Positions 12,070-25,192 are shown, counted from the stretch's first letter. The stretch is 64,000 nt of DNA from Oscillospiraceae bacterium (GCA_963655605.1 CAVKGJ010000103.1:9437-73436); one strand, 5' to 3'. A program made the numbers and translations. Notes: generated from the sequence alone by a model not told the origin.

Positions 12070-12996
12070 ATGAACATGAATCATTCCCTCAAAACGCGCA
12101 TTTTGATTGCAGGTGACATCATGCTGGACCGTTACTGGTTCGGCGAGGTCAACCGGATATCGCCTGAAGCACCGGTACCGGTTGTCCTGATCGGAAAAAA
12201 CGAGGAGCGGCTGGGTGGAGCGGCCAACGTCGCCCGCAATGCCGCCGCACTGGGTGCGGCATGTAGCCTTCTGGGCATTGTCGGACAAGACGAGGCAGGA
12301 ACCATTGTCGAAAAACTGCTCGATGAATCCGGCATTATCCCTTGCCTTCATTCATCGCCGGATATTTCTACGACGGTCAAACTGCGGGTCATAGGCAGAC
12401 AGCAACAGCTTCTGCGGCTTGATTTCGAAAAAAAACCGACCCGCGAAGTACTGGAAGACAAATTGCAGCAATACAGGATTCTCCTGCAAACACATGACAT
12501 TATTGTGCTGTCCGATTATGGGAAAGGTGCTCTCGATCGGGTCTCCTGCATGATTGCCGACGCGAAAAAAGCGGGCAAAACAACACTGATCGATCCAAAA
12601 GGAGATGATTTTTCCAGATACCGCGGAGCGACGATCCTGACTCCCAACAAAGCCGAATTGCGCCAGATCGTCGGAAACTGGCAAGATGAATCCGATCTGA
12701 CGGCCAAAGCCCAGAATTTGCGAGAATCGCTCGATCTGGAATATCTTTTGCTGACACGCTCGGAAGAAGGCATGTCTTTATATGGTGCCCGAGAAGTCTT
12801 GCACATCCCAACTGTGGCACGCGAGGTTTTTGACGTTTCCGGAGCCGGAGACACAGTCATTGCGACACTGGCGACAATGATCGGGAATGGCAGAACAGTT
12901 GAGGAAGCTGTCCGGATCGCCAATCGCGCTGCCGGCATTGTGGTCGGCAAACTCGGAACAGCCACTGTCACATCGGAAGAACTGTTTTTGTCCTGA
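12070..12996 (+). CDS. rfaE1: D-glycero-beta-D-manno-heptose-7-phosphate kinase (HldA/RfaE domain I)
   Basis: GDIMLDRYWFG, RISPEAPVPV, GGAANVA, SDYGKG, DVSGAGDTV. Confidence 0.93.
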   Translation: MNMNHSLKTRILIAGDIMLDRYWFGEVNRISPEAPVPVVLIGKNEERLGGAANVARNAAALGAACSLLGIVGQDEAGTIVEKLLDESGIIPCLHSSPDISTTVKLRVIGRQQQLLRLDFEKKPTREVLEDKLQQYRILLQTHDIIVLSDYGKGALDRVSCMIADAKKAGKTTLIDPKGDDFSRYRGATILTPNKAELRQIVGNWQDESDLTAKAQNLRESLDLEYLLLTRSEEGMSLYGAREVLHIPTVAREVFDVSGAGDTVIATLATMIGNGRTVEEAVRIANRAAGIVVGKLGTATVTSEELFLS

Positions 12997-12997
12997 T

Positions 12998-15277
12998 TCA
13001 GGAAACACGTTCCAGTTTTGCAATCCCCAGATCCAGCAGCTTCATGCCGGATCGGCCGAAATTGATGCTGGCACGGATATTCGTCCCGTTGCCTTCCAGA
13101 CTGACGATCACGCCTTCTCCGAACTTTTTGTGGAAAACGGTTTGACCGATCTGCCACTCGCCACTTCTGTGAAAAGAAGTGGAAACCGTTTTTTCAGACA
13201 TACGTGGCGAATCGAATTGCGCGACCGGTTCTTTCCGGATACCGGCATAAACAGACTGTCTGCGGGATGCCAGCCATTTCAGATTCGCGTCAGGCAATTC
13301 ACTCAAAAAGCGGGAAGACACGTTGTAACGCATATGTCCATGCAGCATCCGGGTCTGCGCATAACTCAGATAAAGCCGTTTTCTGGCTCGTGTAATGGCG
13401 ACATACATCAGGCGTCGTTCTTCCTCGACTCCGCCGCTTTCCCTGGTGCTGTTTTCATGTGGAAACAGACCTTCTTCCAGTCCGGTAATGAAAACGGCAT
13501 CGAATTCAAGCCCTTTGGCAGAATGCACGGTCATCAGCTGCAAGGCGTCCTGTCCCTCTTCAGCCTGATTTTCACCCGCCTCAAGAGAAGCATGTGTCAG
13601 AAAAGCGGCAAGCGGCGACATAATCATAGCCAACGGAATATCCGCATCAATGACACGATCGACGGTCAGTAATGGATTATCGGCATTTTCCTGTGCATGG
13701 CCCTGTTCAACCAAAAGAGCGGGAGCATCTAGCGGAAAACCTTCTTCCGATAAAAACTGGGTCGCTGCGGAAACAAGCTGTCCCAGATTTTCAATCCGGT
13801 CCGCACCGTCCTTTTCCTTCTGGTAATGCATAAGAAGGCCGCTTTTGTCCAGAACCGTTTGTATGAGCGCTGGCAAATCCATATTTCTCACTTCGGAACG
13901 GATACCCTGGATAATGTGGACAAACGAAGCCAACGCCGTTCCACCTTTTCCCGAAATATAAGGAATAGCGGCATACAACGATACATCATGCAAACGGGAT
14001 ATTTCCTGCAACTGCTCGATTGTTCTTGCTCCGATTCCCCGTACCGGGAAATTGACCACTCTCAGAAAAGCCGCATTGTTGTCGGGATTGTCAATCAGCT
14101 GAAGATAGGCGATAGCGTGCTTGATTTCAGCCCGTTCGAAGAAACGCAAACCGCCATACACACGGTAAGGAATTCCTGCACTGAAAAGACCATGCTCGAT
14201 AACCCTTGACTGTGCATTGGAACGGTACAGCACAGCGATTTCGCGTCCGGGAATCCCATCATTGATCAAATGACTGACTTCGTCCAGAATCCACTGGACC
14301 TCGCCCAGATCGGAAGGGGATTCGCATACACGAATGGGCTCACCCTCTCCGGCATCTGTACGCAGATTCTTGCCGAGACGATGCGTGTTGTGGGCAATCA
14401 GTGCATTGGCAACGTCCAGTATATTGCGGTATGAACGGTAATTCTGTTCCAGTCTGATCAGGTTGCCTACATTGAAATCATGCCGGAAAGAAAGCATATT
14501 GCCGACGTTGGCTCCCCGGAACGCATAAATACTCTGGTCATCATCACCGACAGCAAAAATCGCCGTATTGCCACCTGCCAGAAGTTTCAGCCATTTGTAC
14601 TGAAGATCGTTCGTATCTTGGAACTCATCAACCAGTATATGCCTGAAACGCTCCTGATAATGTTCACGCAATGCCTGATTTCTTTCCAGAAGCTCGCAAC
14701 TCCTAAGCAACAATTCCGCAAAATCAACCACTCCTTCACGCTGGCACTGCTCCTCATACATGCCATACAATTCGGTCATTTTGCGTTCATAATCATCCTG
14801 TCCGTCCACATCGGATGCCCTGAGACCTCTTTCCTTGGCACTGTTGATAAAATACATGAGGTTTCTGGGAGGAAATTTTTCATCATCAATATCGTTCGTC
14901 TTCAACAATCGCTTTATTGTGGACAGCTGATCCTGCGCATCAAGAATATTGAACGACTGCGGCAATGCGGCATCACGATAATGCAATCTCAGCAACCGGT
15001 TGCACAAGCCATGAAACGTGCCGACCCACAGACTGTTGGTATTGACCGGAACCAGTGCCGAAAGACGCGACATCATTTCCCTGGCCGCTTTGTTGGTAAA
15101 GGTGACGGCAACAATACCGGCCGTGGATACCTGTCCGGTTTTCAGCAACCATGCAATGCGGGTCGTCAATACTCGCGTTTTTCCCGAGCCGGCTCCGGCC
15201 AGAATCAGGGCGGATTGTGATGGAAGCGTGACAGCTGCAAGCTGTTCAGGATTGAGATTTTCCAATATTTTGTCCAT
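12998..15277 (-). CDS. uvrD: DNA helicase II (UvrD/PcrA family)
   Basis: LAGAGSGKT, VDEFQDTN, GDDDQSIY, LEQNYRS, MTVHSAKGLEF, EEERRLMYVAITRA, C-terminal Tudor-like domain. Confidence 0.95.
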   Translation of the reverse strand: MDKILENLNPEQLAAVTLPSQSALILAGAGSGKTRVLTTRIAWLLKTGQVSTAGIVAVTFTNKAAREMMSRLSALVPVNTNSLWVGTFHGLCNRLLRLHYRDAALPQSFNILDAQDQLSTIKRLLKTNDIDDEKFPPRNLMYFINSAKERGLRASDVDGQDDYERKMTELYGMYEEQCQREGVVDFAELLLRSCELLERNQALREHYQERFRHILVDEFQDTNDLQYKWLKLLAGGNTAIFAVGDDDQSIYAFRGANVGNMLSFRHDFNVGNLIRLEQNYRSYRNILDVANALIAHNTHRLGKNLRTDAGEGEPIRVCESPSDLGEVQWILDEVSHLINDGIPGREIAVLYRSNAQSRVIEHGLFSAGIPYRVYGGLRFFERAEIKHAIAYLQLIDNPDNNAAFLRVVNFPVRGIGARTIEQLQEISRLHDVSLYAAIPYISGKGGTALASFVHIIQGIRSEVRNMDLPALIQTVLDKSGLLMHYQKEKDGADRIENLGQLVSAATQFLSEEGFPLDAPALLVEQGHAQENADNPLLTVDRVIDADIPLAMIMSPLAAFLTHASLEAGENQAEEGQDALQLMTVHSAKGLEFDAVFITGLEEGLFPHENSTRESGGVEEERRLMYVAITRARKRLYLSYAQTRMLHGHMRYNVSSRFLSELPDANLKWLASRRQSVYAGIRKEPVAQFDSPRMSEKTVSTSFHRSGEWQIGQTVFHKKFGEGVIVSLEGNGTNIRASINFGRSGMKLLDLGIAKLERVS

Positions 15278-15472
15278 TTCGACATTATCCTGTAAATAAT
15301 CGGAGATTGCTTGCCGTTTTCTGCGGAAACATTGAACAGATCACAGCGAATTTTTTCACAAGTGGCACAATATCCGTCAATTCATATCCTGATCGTCATT
15401 TGAAGGGTATGATACTGTCTCGTTTTTCATTGCAAAATAACGGATACATTTGCTTGATAGCCTGTCAGAACC

Positions 15473-16939
15473 ATGTTTCCATACGATGAACTGTTCGGTT
15501 TCTCATCCGGCCAGCTTTCCCTTGTGAAATGGCTGGGAATAGCATGGCTCATCCATATCGTTTGCCTGTCGATCTGGATCATTCTACAGAAACGCGCTCC
15601 GGTATCCACGCTCAGCTGGATACTGGTTCTGGCTTTTATTCCTTATGGTGGATTCCTCATTTATCATTTTCTTGGCCCACAAAAACTGAAACGCCAGCAA
15701 TTCAGACGATTGCTCTCAAGAACCGCATTGAAAGAACACTCCGATTGCCTGCAACTCCGCAATCATATTCTGGCGGCCAGTACCCATTCCAAGGAATTGA
15801 TGCAATTCGCCAATATGATCCGTACCACAACAGGTTTTCCCCTGACGACGGCAAAATCACTGAATCTTCTTGTCGACGGGAAGGAAACATTCACAACCAT
15901 ACTGAAAGCTATTGCCCGTGCTACCCATCATATCCACCTCGAATATTACATTTTCGACCCCGACAAAATCGGAACAAGATTGCGTGATCTGCTGATACGA
16001 AAAGCGAAAGCAGGAGTAACAGTCAGGCTGCTTGTTGATGGCATCGGATCTTCCGGACTGAAAAACGCCTTTATCCAACCGCTTCTGCAAGCCGGCGTCC
16101 GGTTTGCCTTCTTTCACAAACCTCATATCACCCAGCTCATAAAACCGCTCGTCAACCTGAGAACACACCGCAAGATCGTCATTTGTGACGGACTTGTCGG
16201 ATTCACCGGTGGTCTCAATATCACGGATCAGGAAGACGAGCGGGTATACCAATATGCCTATCATGATACCCATCTGGAATTGACCGGCAATGCCGTCCAC
16301 TGGCTGCAACTGGTATTCATGGAAGACTGGGTTTACGCAAGCGGAGAAAAGGAAATTCCTGATCTTGCCAATTATTTCCCCATCCAGTCATCCGGTCCTT
16401 ACCCTGTACAGGTCATTCCTTCCGGACCTGACAACGAGTGGGAAATCATTCATCGCATCTATCTGTCAATGATCCAGAGTGCCAGGAAACGCATATGGCT
16501 GACCACTCCCTATTTTGTCCCGACTGAACCTACACTGTTTGCCCTGACTTCCGCTGCCTTGCGGGGAGTGGATGTACGCCTGTTGGTTCCGAGAATGAGC
16601 GACTCGAGACTGGTCACTTCGGCTGCACGTTCCTACTTTGACGAACTCATGCGTGCAGGTGTCAAGATATGGGAATACAAAGGGCGGATGCTGCACTCGA
16701 AAACAATCGTCGTAGATCATCACTACAGCCTGATCGGTACGGCAAATTTCGATTCGCGCAGTTTCCGTCTCAATTTTGAAGTATGCATCGCGGCATATGG
16801 TCCCAGACTGGCCGAAATGCTATCCGGCCAATTCGAGTCCGACCTCGCCCGAGCCGAACAGGTCCCGGCCAACCGGTACCTCGGATTTCCCCAGAAAATG
16901 TTTGAGGCGACAGCACGCCTTTTCTCGCCTTTACTGTAA
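15473..16939 (+). CDS. cls: cardiolipin synthase (ClsA type, N-terminal TM helices)
   Basis: Two HKD motifs (HRKIVICD, HSKTIVVD), TPYFVP, SFRLNFE. Confidence 0.92.
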   Translation: MFPYDELFGFSSGQLSLVKWLGIAWLIHIVCLSIWIILQKRAPVSTLSWILVLAFIPYGGFLIYHFLGPQKLKRQQFRRLLSRTALKEHSDCLQLRNHILAASTHSKELMQFANMIRTTTGFPLTTAKSLNLLVDGKETFTTILKAIARATHHIHLEYYIFDPDKIGTRLRDLLIRKAKAGVTVRLLVDGIGSSGLKNAFIQPLLQAGVRFAFFHKPHITQLIKPLVNLRTHRKIVICDGLVGFTGGLNITDQEDERVYQYAYHDTHLELTGNAVHWLQLVFMEDWVYASGEKEIPDLANYFPIQSSGPYPVQVIPSGPDNEWEIIHRIYLSMIQSARKRIWLTTPYFVPTEPTLFALTSAALRGVDVRLLVPRMSDSRLVTSAARSYFDELMRAGVKIWEYKGRMLHSKTIVVDHHYSLIGTANFDSRSFRLNFEVCIAAYGPRLAEMLSGQFESDLARAEQVPANRYLGFPQKMFEATARLFSPLL

Positions 16940-16964
16940 AAAAACCCGGTTGTGAAACCGGGTT
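16938..16964. terminator. terminator between convergent cls and thi operon
   Basis: AACCCGGTT-GTGA-AACCGGGTT stem. The left A tract gives a U tract on the minus (thi) transcript. Confidence 0.75.
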
Positions 16965-16993
16965 ATCAATTCATCCGTTGAACAAGTTTATTT

Positions 16994-17605
16994 TTATCTG
17001 AATAATTCCATAAACCCGCGAGCTGCTTTTTCAGGATCTTCCTGAAAATAGACTCCGCTTACCACAGCAACCATATCGGCCCCCAGTTTGACCAGCGGAT
17101 TTGCATTTCCGGCATTCATGCCGCCAATGACACATACCGGCATGGATGGCATTTCCTTTTTCCAGTCAGACACGATACTTTGTGGTGTCGTAACCGGATA
17201 TTTCTTGACACGTGACGGATAGAAACCGCCGAAGGCGACATAACTTGCCCCGTCCAAGGTTGCCTTGCGGGCCAGTTCGATATCGCCATAGCAGGATGCG
17301 CCGACAATCTTGCCCGGCCCGACCGCTGCACGGACCTGTTTGACGGGAGCGTCCATTCCACCGACATGAATGCCGTCCGTATCCAGTTCCAGACAAAGAT
17401 CGACATAGTCATTGATAATAAAAGGCTTGCCATACCGCTTGCACAAACCTTGCAATGCCCTAGCCTGTTCAAGACGCAACTCGGGACCCGCAGTCTTGTG
17501 GCGATATTGAACGATTCCGGCGCCTCCCTTCAATGCCTTTTCCGTTACTTCAATCATTTGGGCCGTGTCATCCCAATCGGGCGTAACAATATAAAGTCCT
17601 TTCAT
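16994..17605 (-). CDS. thiE: thiamine-phosphate synthase
   Basis: GLYIVT, VQYRHK, IIND, GIHVG, GASC, YVAFG, VIGG. Start at ATG 17605 with AGAGG RBS. Confidence 0.93.
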   Translation of the reverse strand: MKGLYIVTPDWDDTAQMIEVTEKALKGGAGIVQYRHKTAGPELRLEQARALQGLCKRYGKPFIINDYVDLCLELDTDGIHVGGMDAPVKQVRAAVGPGKIVGASCYGDIELARKATLDGASYVAFGGFYPSRVKKYPVTTPQSIVSDWKKEMPSMPVCVIGGMNAGNANPLVKLGADMVAVVSGVYFQEDPEKAARGFMELFR

Positions 17606-17651
17606 CCAATCCTCTTTTTCTTTCCGAACATGTGTCGTTGAGACTCTGCAA

Positions 17652-18476
17652 TCAAATATTCCGATGCCATTCCGGACGATACTGCCTTCCCGGTATTTTT
17701 TGTCCGTTCGCAATGGAAAAAGCATCTGCTAACGCATACTGGCACCATTTCTGCCCTTCCTTCAACGCCTCCTCCATCGCAAACCCTTGCGCCAGATAAC
17801 CGGCTATCGCAGAAGCCAGCGTGCAGCCCGTACCATGAAATTCTCCTGCCAGTCTCTGCCATTGCCAGCGTTTCATCCCGGCACTGGAAAACCAGCAGTT
17901 GACCACGGAACCATTCTCATTACCGTGACCGCCCTTGACCAGCACATTTCCGGCACCCTGTGTCATCAGATATTCCGCCTGCACCCGGATATCGTCCGAC
18001 AAGGGATACAGCCGTTTCGCCTCGGGCAAATTCGGCGTCACCAGCGTCGCCAGGCCGATCAGGGGAGAAATGGCATATTCCGGCGTTCCATCCGCCAATG
18101 CGAACCCGTGGCCGCTACCTAGTACCGTATCCAGTACAACCGGCAACTCCGGCAATTCTTTCCTCAATTCCGCAATGACCTCACCGATGGCTTGCGCATT
18201 TTCCCGATTGCCGACAATACCGATCTTGATGGCGGAAACCTGTATTTTCCGGGTCAGTACCCGTACTTGATGCGCAAGAATCGAAACATCAACCGGATTT
18301 ACGGCAAAAACCGTGTCGTTGTCCTGAACCGTCAAGGCAGTCACAACAGGCAAGGCATGCGCTCCGACAGCACCTATCGCCTCGATATCTGCGGAAATGC
18401 CCGCTCCGCCACTGGGATCAAGTCCGGAAAAAACCAGAACGCATTTCCGTTTTTTTTCTTTTGAAGTATCCGTCAT
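17652..18476 (-). CDS. thiD: hydroxymethylpyrimidine/phosphomethylpyrimidine kinase
   Basis: GLDPSGGAGISAD, TALTVQ, TPNLPEA, VKGGH, HGTGCTLASAIA. Confidence 0.92.
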   Translation of the reverse strand: MTDTSKEKKRKCVLVFSGLDPSGGAGISADIEAIGAVGAHALPVVTALTVQDNDTVFAVNPVDVSILAHQVRVLTRKIQVSAIKIGIVGNRENAQAIGEVIAELRKELPELPVVLDTVLGSGHGFALADGTPEYAISPLIGLATLVTPNLPEAKRLYPLSDDIRVQAEYLMTQGAGNVLVKGGHGNENGSVVNCWFSSAGMKRWQWQRLAGEFHGTGCTLASAIAGYLAQGFAMEEALKEGQKWCQYALADAFSIANGQKIPGRQYRPEWHRNI

Positions 18477-18566
18477 GATTGCAGGCTCAGGAAAAGAATT
18501 CGCCAGACTGATACCGGGAACTAGCTCCGATCACCCAACGATCTGCCTGTCCCCGGAAATCAGTCA

Positions 18567-19355
18567 TCAGGCAATGCGCCCTGCCATTGGAGACGATGGC
18601 GAAGCGGCAAATTTTCTAGGAATCCGTCCCGCAAGGAATGCCTCACGTCCTGCTTCGACAGCCAGCCTCATGGCACATGCCATACGGATAGGATCTTGCG
18701 CGCCGGCAATGGCCGTATTCATCAGAATGCCGTCGCAGCCCAGTTCCATGGCAATGGCGGCATCCGAGGCCGTACCGACACCAGCATCCACGATAACAGG
18801 AACTTTCGATTGTTCGATAATCAGGGAAAGATTCCACGGATTCAGGATCCCCATACCGGAACCGATCAGGGATGCCAAAGGCATGATGGCGGCACAACCG
18901 ATATCTTCCAGCATTTTGGCCTGGACAGGATCGTCACTGCAATAAACCATGACGTCGAAACCGTCTTTTACCAGAATCTCCGCCGCTTTCAGCGTTTCCG
19001 GCATATTCGGGAATAATGTTTTTTCATTGCCAAGCACTTCGAGCTTGACAAGTTTGTGGCCATTCAACAATTCACGTGCCAGCTGAAGTGTGTAAACGGC
19101 ATCTTCCGCGTTATAACATCCGGCAGTATTCGGCAAGATGGTATATTTCGTGGGAGGAACGACATCCAGCAGACTCGGCGCGTTCGGATCCTGCCCGATA
19201 TTGACCCGGCGAATCGCTACCGTAATGATTTCGGCACCACTGGCTTCCGTCGCTTCACGGGTTTGTTCCAGATCGCGGTATTTCCCGCTACCGACCAGCA
19301 AACGCGAACGATATGTTTTACCTGCAATTGTAAGACTCTGTTCCTGCTTGTTCAT
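18567..19355 (-). CDS. thiG: thiazole synthase
   Basis: [42 protein letters not shown]. Confidence 0.97.
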   Translation of the reverse strand: MNKQEQSLTIAGKTYRSRLLVGSGKYRDLEQTREATEASGAEIITVAIRRVNIGQDPNAPSLLDVVPPTKYTILPNTAGCYNAEDAVYTLQLARELLNGHKLVKLEVLGNEKTLFPNMPETLKAAEILVKDGFDVMVYCSDDPVQAKMLEDIGCAAIMPLASLIGSGMGILNPWNLSLIIEQSKVPVIVDAGVGTASDAAIAMELGCDGILMNTAIAGAQDPIRMACAMRLAVEAGREAFLAGRIPRKFAASPSSPMAGRIA

Positions 19356-19435
19356 TGCTTTTCCTTCTTTCCGGTTTCAATAATCCGGCAAAGCTCTTCT
19401 GAACTTTGCTGCTCCTTTCTTGTTGCACAGACGTA

Positions 19436-19636
19436 TCAGCCCCCGCCGATCGCACGTACCAGCTCTACCTGATCGGCCGGCTGCAAGACAACCTCCGGCC
19501 ATTTCTGGCGTATAACGACCGTCCGGTTCACTGCGACAGCCAGTGCCCTGTTCGGCAGCTGCAGTGAATCGACCAGCTCCTGCACAGTCATTCCGTCCTG
19601 AATCTGACGGATATCTCCGTTCAGTTTGATTTCCAT
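19436..19636 (-). CDS. thiS: sulfur carrier protein ThiS
   Basis: MEIKLNG...AVAVN...DQVELVRAIGGG with C-terminal Gly-Gly. Confidence 0.93.
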   Translation of the reverse strand: MEIKLNGDIRQIQDGMTVQELVDSLQLPNRALAVAVNRTVVIRQKWPEVVLQPADQVELVRAIGGG

Positions 19637-19650
19637 AGCCATTATCCCGG

Positions 19651-21561
<1,911 letters not shown>

Positions 21562-21631
21562 TCAAGCATTTACTTCATTAAACCAGCTCGGGGAATCTCG
21601 GGAGAAGACTGCGGACAACCGCATCCATCAC

Positions 21632-21716
21632 TTTTCGCTTCCCTACGCTGGCATTACCCAGATCAGGTTCAGAGGGTGTATCTCGCCCGGCCTGTCGGCC
21701 AGAACCCCTAGCATTC
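21632..21716 (-). promoter_or_regulatory. TPP riboswitch aptamer upstream of thiC
   Basis: Minus strand reads GCUAGGGGUUCUGGCCGACAGGCCGGGCGAGAUACACCCUCUGAACCUGAUCUGGGUAAUGCCAGCGUAGGGAAGC, containing the THI-box core. Confidence 0.95.
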
Positions 21717-21828
21717 TGATGAATTTTACTACACTCGGGCCATTATAACGTCATCTTTCGAGTTCGAGCCCGTTATCGTCCATTATAATAGACGTTTTAT
21801 TGAATTTTAGCAAAACTTACATCAGATC

Positions 21829-24624
21829 ATGGAATTAGCCAAGTCTTTCGACCCTGCCGAAATTGAAAAACACTGGCGAGAAGAATGGGAAAAACGCGGA
21901 TATTTCCGCGCATCACTTGATGAATCGAAACCCTCTTTCGCCATCCAGCTCCCACCACCCAATGTTACCGGTACCCTTCACATGGGACACGCTTTCAACC
22001 AGACCATCATGGACGGTCTGGTGCGTTATCATCGCATGAGAGGGTTCAATACGGCCTGGATTCCGGGTACCGATCACGCGGGAATCGCGACACAGATCGT
22101 GGTCGAACGGCAACTGGATGCACAGAACATTTCCAGGCATGATCTTGGCCGCGAAAAATTTCTGGAAAAAGTCTGGGAATGGAAAGAAAAATCCGGATCG
22201 ACCATCACAGGCCAGATGCGGCGCATGGGAACATCCCCGGATTGGGACCGGGAATATTTCACGATGGATCAAGCCCGTTCGACGACAGTGACCGAAGTCT
22301 TCGTCCGCCTCTACGAGGAAGGACTGATATACCGCGGGAAGCGGCTGGTCAACTGGGATCCGGTACTTGGAACGGCCGTCTCCGATCTGGAAGTCGTCTC
22401 GGAAGAAGAAAACGGTTCCATGTGGCACATCCGTTATCCTTTCGCCGACAATTCCGGTTCGCTCACTGTGGCGACCACGCGCCCGGAAACCATGCTGGGC
22501 GACGTTGCCGTCGCAGTCAATCCGGAAGACGATCGCTACAAGGATCTGATCGGCAAAATGATCCGGCTTCCATTGACGGATCGTCTGATTCCCGTCATCG
22601 CCGATGAATATGTTGACAGGGAATTCGGTACCGGTTGTGTCAAGATCACTCCGGCACACGACTTCAACGACTATGCTGTCGGCACACGTCACGGTCTGGA
22701 ACCGATCAATATCTTCACGCTTGATGCCAGAATAAACGATAACGCTCCCGAAGCGTACCAGGGCATGGACCGTTTTGCCGCAAGAAAAAAAATCGTTGCC
22801 GATCTGCAGGAGCAAGGCCTGCTCGAATCCATCCAGCCGCATAAACTGATGGTCCCGCGAGGAGACCGAACCGGCGTTGTCATCGAACCGATGCTGACGG
22901 ATCAATGGTTTGTCGCCATGAGCAAACCGGCACCGGAAAGCTCTTTCTTCCCGGGAAAATCCCTGGCCGAAGTCGCGCTGGAAAAAGTCCGCGACGGTGA
23001 AATCCGGTTCATGCCCGAAAACTGGACCAATACCTATAACCAGTGGCTGAACAACATCCAAGACTGGTGCATTTCCAGACAACTCTGGTGGGGACACCAG
23101 ATTCCGGCATGGTATGACGAGGAAGGCAATATCTATGTTGCACGTACCGAAGAAGAAGCCCGCATTCAGGCCGGAGGAAAACCGATCCACCGTGATCCGG
23201 ATGTTCTGGATACCTGGTTCTCCTCGGCACTGGTGCCATTTTCGACTGTAGGCTGGCCGGATGATACGCCGGAATACAGGATGTTTTTGCCTTCGTCCGT
23301 TCTGGTAACCGGTTTCGACATCATTTTCTTCTGGGTTGCCCGCATGGTGATGATGACATTGCATTTCACCGGCAAGGTTCCTTTCAGAACAGTTTATGTA
23401 CATGGCCTTGTCCGTGACGCCAACGGCCAGAAAATGTCCAAATCCAAGGGCAACACATTGAATCCGATCGATTTGATCGACGGCATTGATGTCGATTCAC
23501 TGGTCAAACAGCGAACATTCGGTCTGATGAACCCCAAACAAGCCGACTCGATCGCCAAGGCGACCCGTAAGGAATTCGGCAAGGGCATTCCTGCATTCGG
23601 CACAGATGCGCTGCGTTTCACCATGGCGAGCTATGCTTCCCTTGGCCGCAACATCAATTTCGACCTGAATCGCTGCGAAGGTTACCGCAATTTCTGTAAC
23701 AAACTGTGGAATGCCACCCGTTTTGTGCTGATGAATACGGAAGGAGAAGATTGCGGTTTCTCGGGAGGAGAGATGGCCTTTTCACTAGCAGATCGCTGGA
23801 TCGAATCCCAGTTCCAGCGTGCGGCTACCGAAGTGGAAAAAGGTTTTGCCGAATACCGTTTCGACAATATCGCTTCTGCCATCTACCGCTTTATCTGGGA
23901 TGAATACTGTGACTGGTACGTTGAAATGGCAAAGGTACAGATACAGGACGGCAACGATGCCGAGAAACGCGGAACGCGCCATACCCTTTTGGCGGTTCTG
24001 GAAAAAATCCTGCGTCTGGCCCATCCTGTTATTCCATTCATCACCGAGGAACTCTGGCAAAAAGTGGCACCGCTTGCCGGCAAGACGATTAGTGAAAACG
24101 AAACCCTGATGCTTCAGGAATATCCCATACCCGATACAAACAAGATGGATGTGCAGGCCGACGAATGGATGGCCGAATGCAAGGCCCTGATTGACGCCTG
24201 CCGAAACCTGAGAGGAGAAATGCAGCTCTCTCCCGCCAAACGGGTTCCTCTGTTCATGGAATCATCTGGAGAGAACGACGTATGGCTCCGCTCCTTCATT
24301 CCACACCTGAAAGCACTGGGCAAACTTTCCGAAGTGACGATCCAGAATGCCTTGCCGAAATCTCCCGCTCCTGTTTCCATTATCGGAGATACCCGGCTTA
24401 TGCTGAAGGTCGAAATCGACATTGCCGCCGAACGTGAACGGCTTGGAAAAGAAATCGCCAAGCTGGAAGGAGAAATTGCCAAAGTCACGGCCAAGCTCTC
24501 CAATGAGAGCTTTGTATCGAAAGCACCTGAAAAAGTCGTCGCAACCGAACGTGAACGTTTGTCCGGATTTTCATCGGTACTGGAGAAACTGAAAGATCAG
24601 CTATCCAGGCTAGATACACTCTGA
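21829..24624 (+). CDS. valS: valine--tRNA ligase
   Basis: [38 protein letters not shown]-terminal coiled coil. Confidence 0.98.
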   Translation: MELAKSFDPAEIEKHWREEWEKRGYFRASLDESKPSFAIQLPPPNVTGTLHMGHAFNQTIMDGLVRYHRMRGFNTAWIPGTDHAGIATQIVVERQLDAQNISRHDLGREKFLEKVWEWKEKSGSTITGQMRRMGTSPDWDREYFTMDQARSTTVTEVFVRLYEEGLIYRGKRLVNWDPVLGTAVSDLEVVSEEENGSMWHIRYPFADNSGSLTVATTRPETMLGDVAVAVNPEDDRYKDLIGKMIRLPLTDRLIPVIADEYVDREFGTGCVKITPAHDFNDYAVGTRHGLEPINIFTLDARINDNAPEAYQGMDRFAARKKIVADLQEQGLLESIQPHKLMVPRGDRTGVVIEPMLTDQWFVAMSKPAPESSFFPGKSLAEVALEKVRDGEIRFMPENWTNTYNQWLNNIQDWCISRQLWWGHQIPAWYDEEGNIYVARTEEEARIQAGGKPIHRDPDVLDTWFSSALVPFSTVGWPDDTPEYRMFLPSSVLVTGFDIIFFWVARMVMMTLHFTGKVPFRTVYVHGLVRDANGQKMSKSKGNTLNPIDLIDGIDVDSLVKQRTFGLMNPKQADSIAKATRKEFGKGIPAFGTDALRFTMASYASLGRNINFDLNRCEGYRNFCNKLWNATRFVLMNTEGEDCGFSGGEMAFSLADRWIESQFQRAATEVEKGFAEYRFDNIASAIYRFIWDEYCDWYVEMAKVQIQDGNDAEKRGTRHTLLAVLEKILRLAHPVIPFITEELWQKVAPLAGKTISENETLMLQEYPIPDTNKMDVQADEWMAECKALIDACRNLRGEMQLSPAKRVPLFMESSGENDVWLRSFIPHLKALGKLSEVTIQNALPKSPAPVSIIGDTRLMLKVEIDIAAERERLGKEIAKLEGEIAKVTAKLSNESFVSKAPEKVVATERERLSGFSSVLEKLKDQLSRLDTL

Positions 24625-24637
24625 TTCCGTTACAGGT

Positions 24638-25190
24638 TCATATCGTAAACATTACCGTCAGTCCGGAAAGAGGCAAACCGGAAACCGCTGTTTGCCAGAT
24701 CTCGCCGGGCTGCACGGGAAATGGTCTTGTCCATAATCCCGTCGTAATGATATCGCCAATCCCCGGTAGAGGAAATTCGGGCATATCGTCCAGCATTCTG
24801 AACAACGTCGGCAATCCCCCTGCAACGGATTGCTGTGAGGCTCGCTGCCGAATCCAGCTGTTCTGATCACATCGTTGCATGCCAGAGATAAGCTGGTACA
24901 TTCCGTGACAGCATACAGGCTTTTCCGACAGCCTTCCGATACGATTTTCGTTCCCCCCGACCAGTAATGCCCGATGCTGTCCGAATCCCGCAATGGTATC
25001 GACAAGATTGCGTGAAGAGGTCCAAAAGGGATATTCCGTTATCTCGAACCCATGTGCTATCCATTCAATACATTCGACCAGCTGGCTCAATGTAGCATTT
25101 TCCGGCAGATTCCGGAAAAGCCAGAAAACAATTTTCGTTTCAATGGATTATACGGTTCCGGATTAATGAATGCAGACAACCGCAAGAAAC
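24638..25190 (-). pseudogene. remnant of 2-keto-4-pentenoate hydratase/FAH-superfamily gene
   Basis: CIEWIAHGFEI, HRALLVG and GDIITTG..T.PFPVQPGE.W are family motifs. An in-frame IETKIVF (IEPEIVF-like) upstream is cut by TAA at 25150-25148. No room for the N-terminal part. Confidence 0.65.
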
Positions 25191-25192
25191 AG

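Noticed and set aside
21913..23403. 496-aa antisense ORF inside valS
   Set aside because: No recognisable motifs. It is the shadow frame of a conserved gene.
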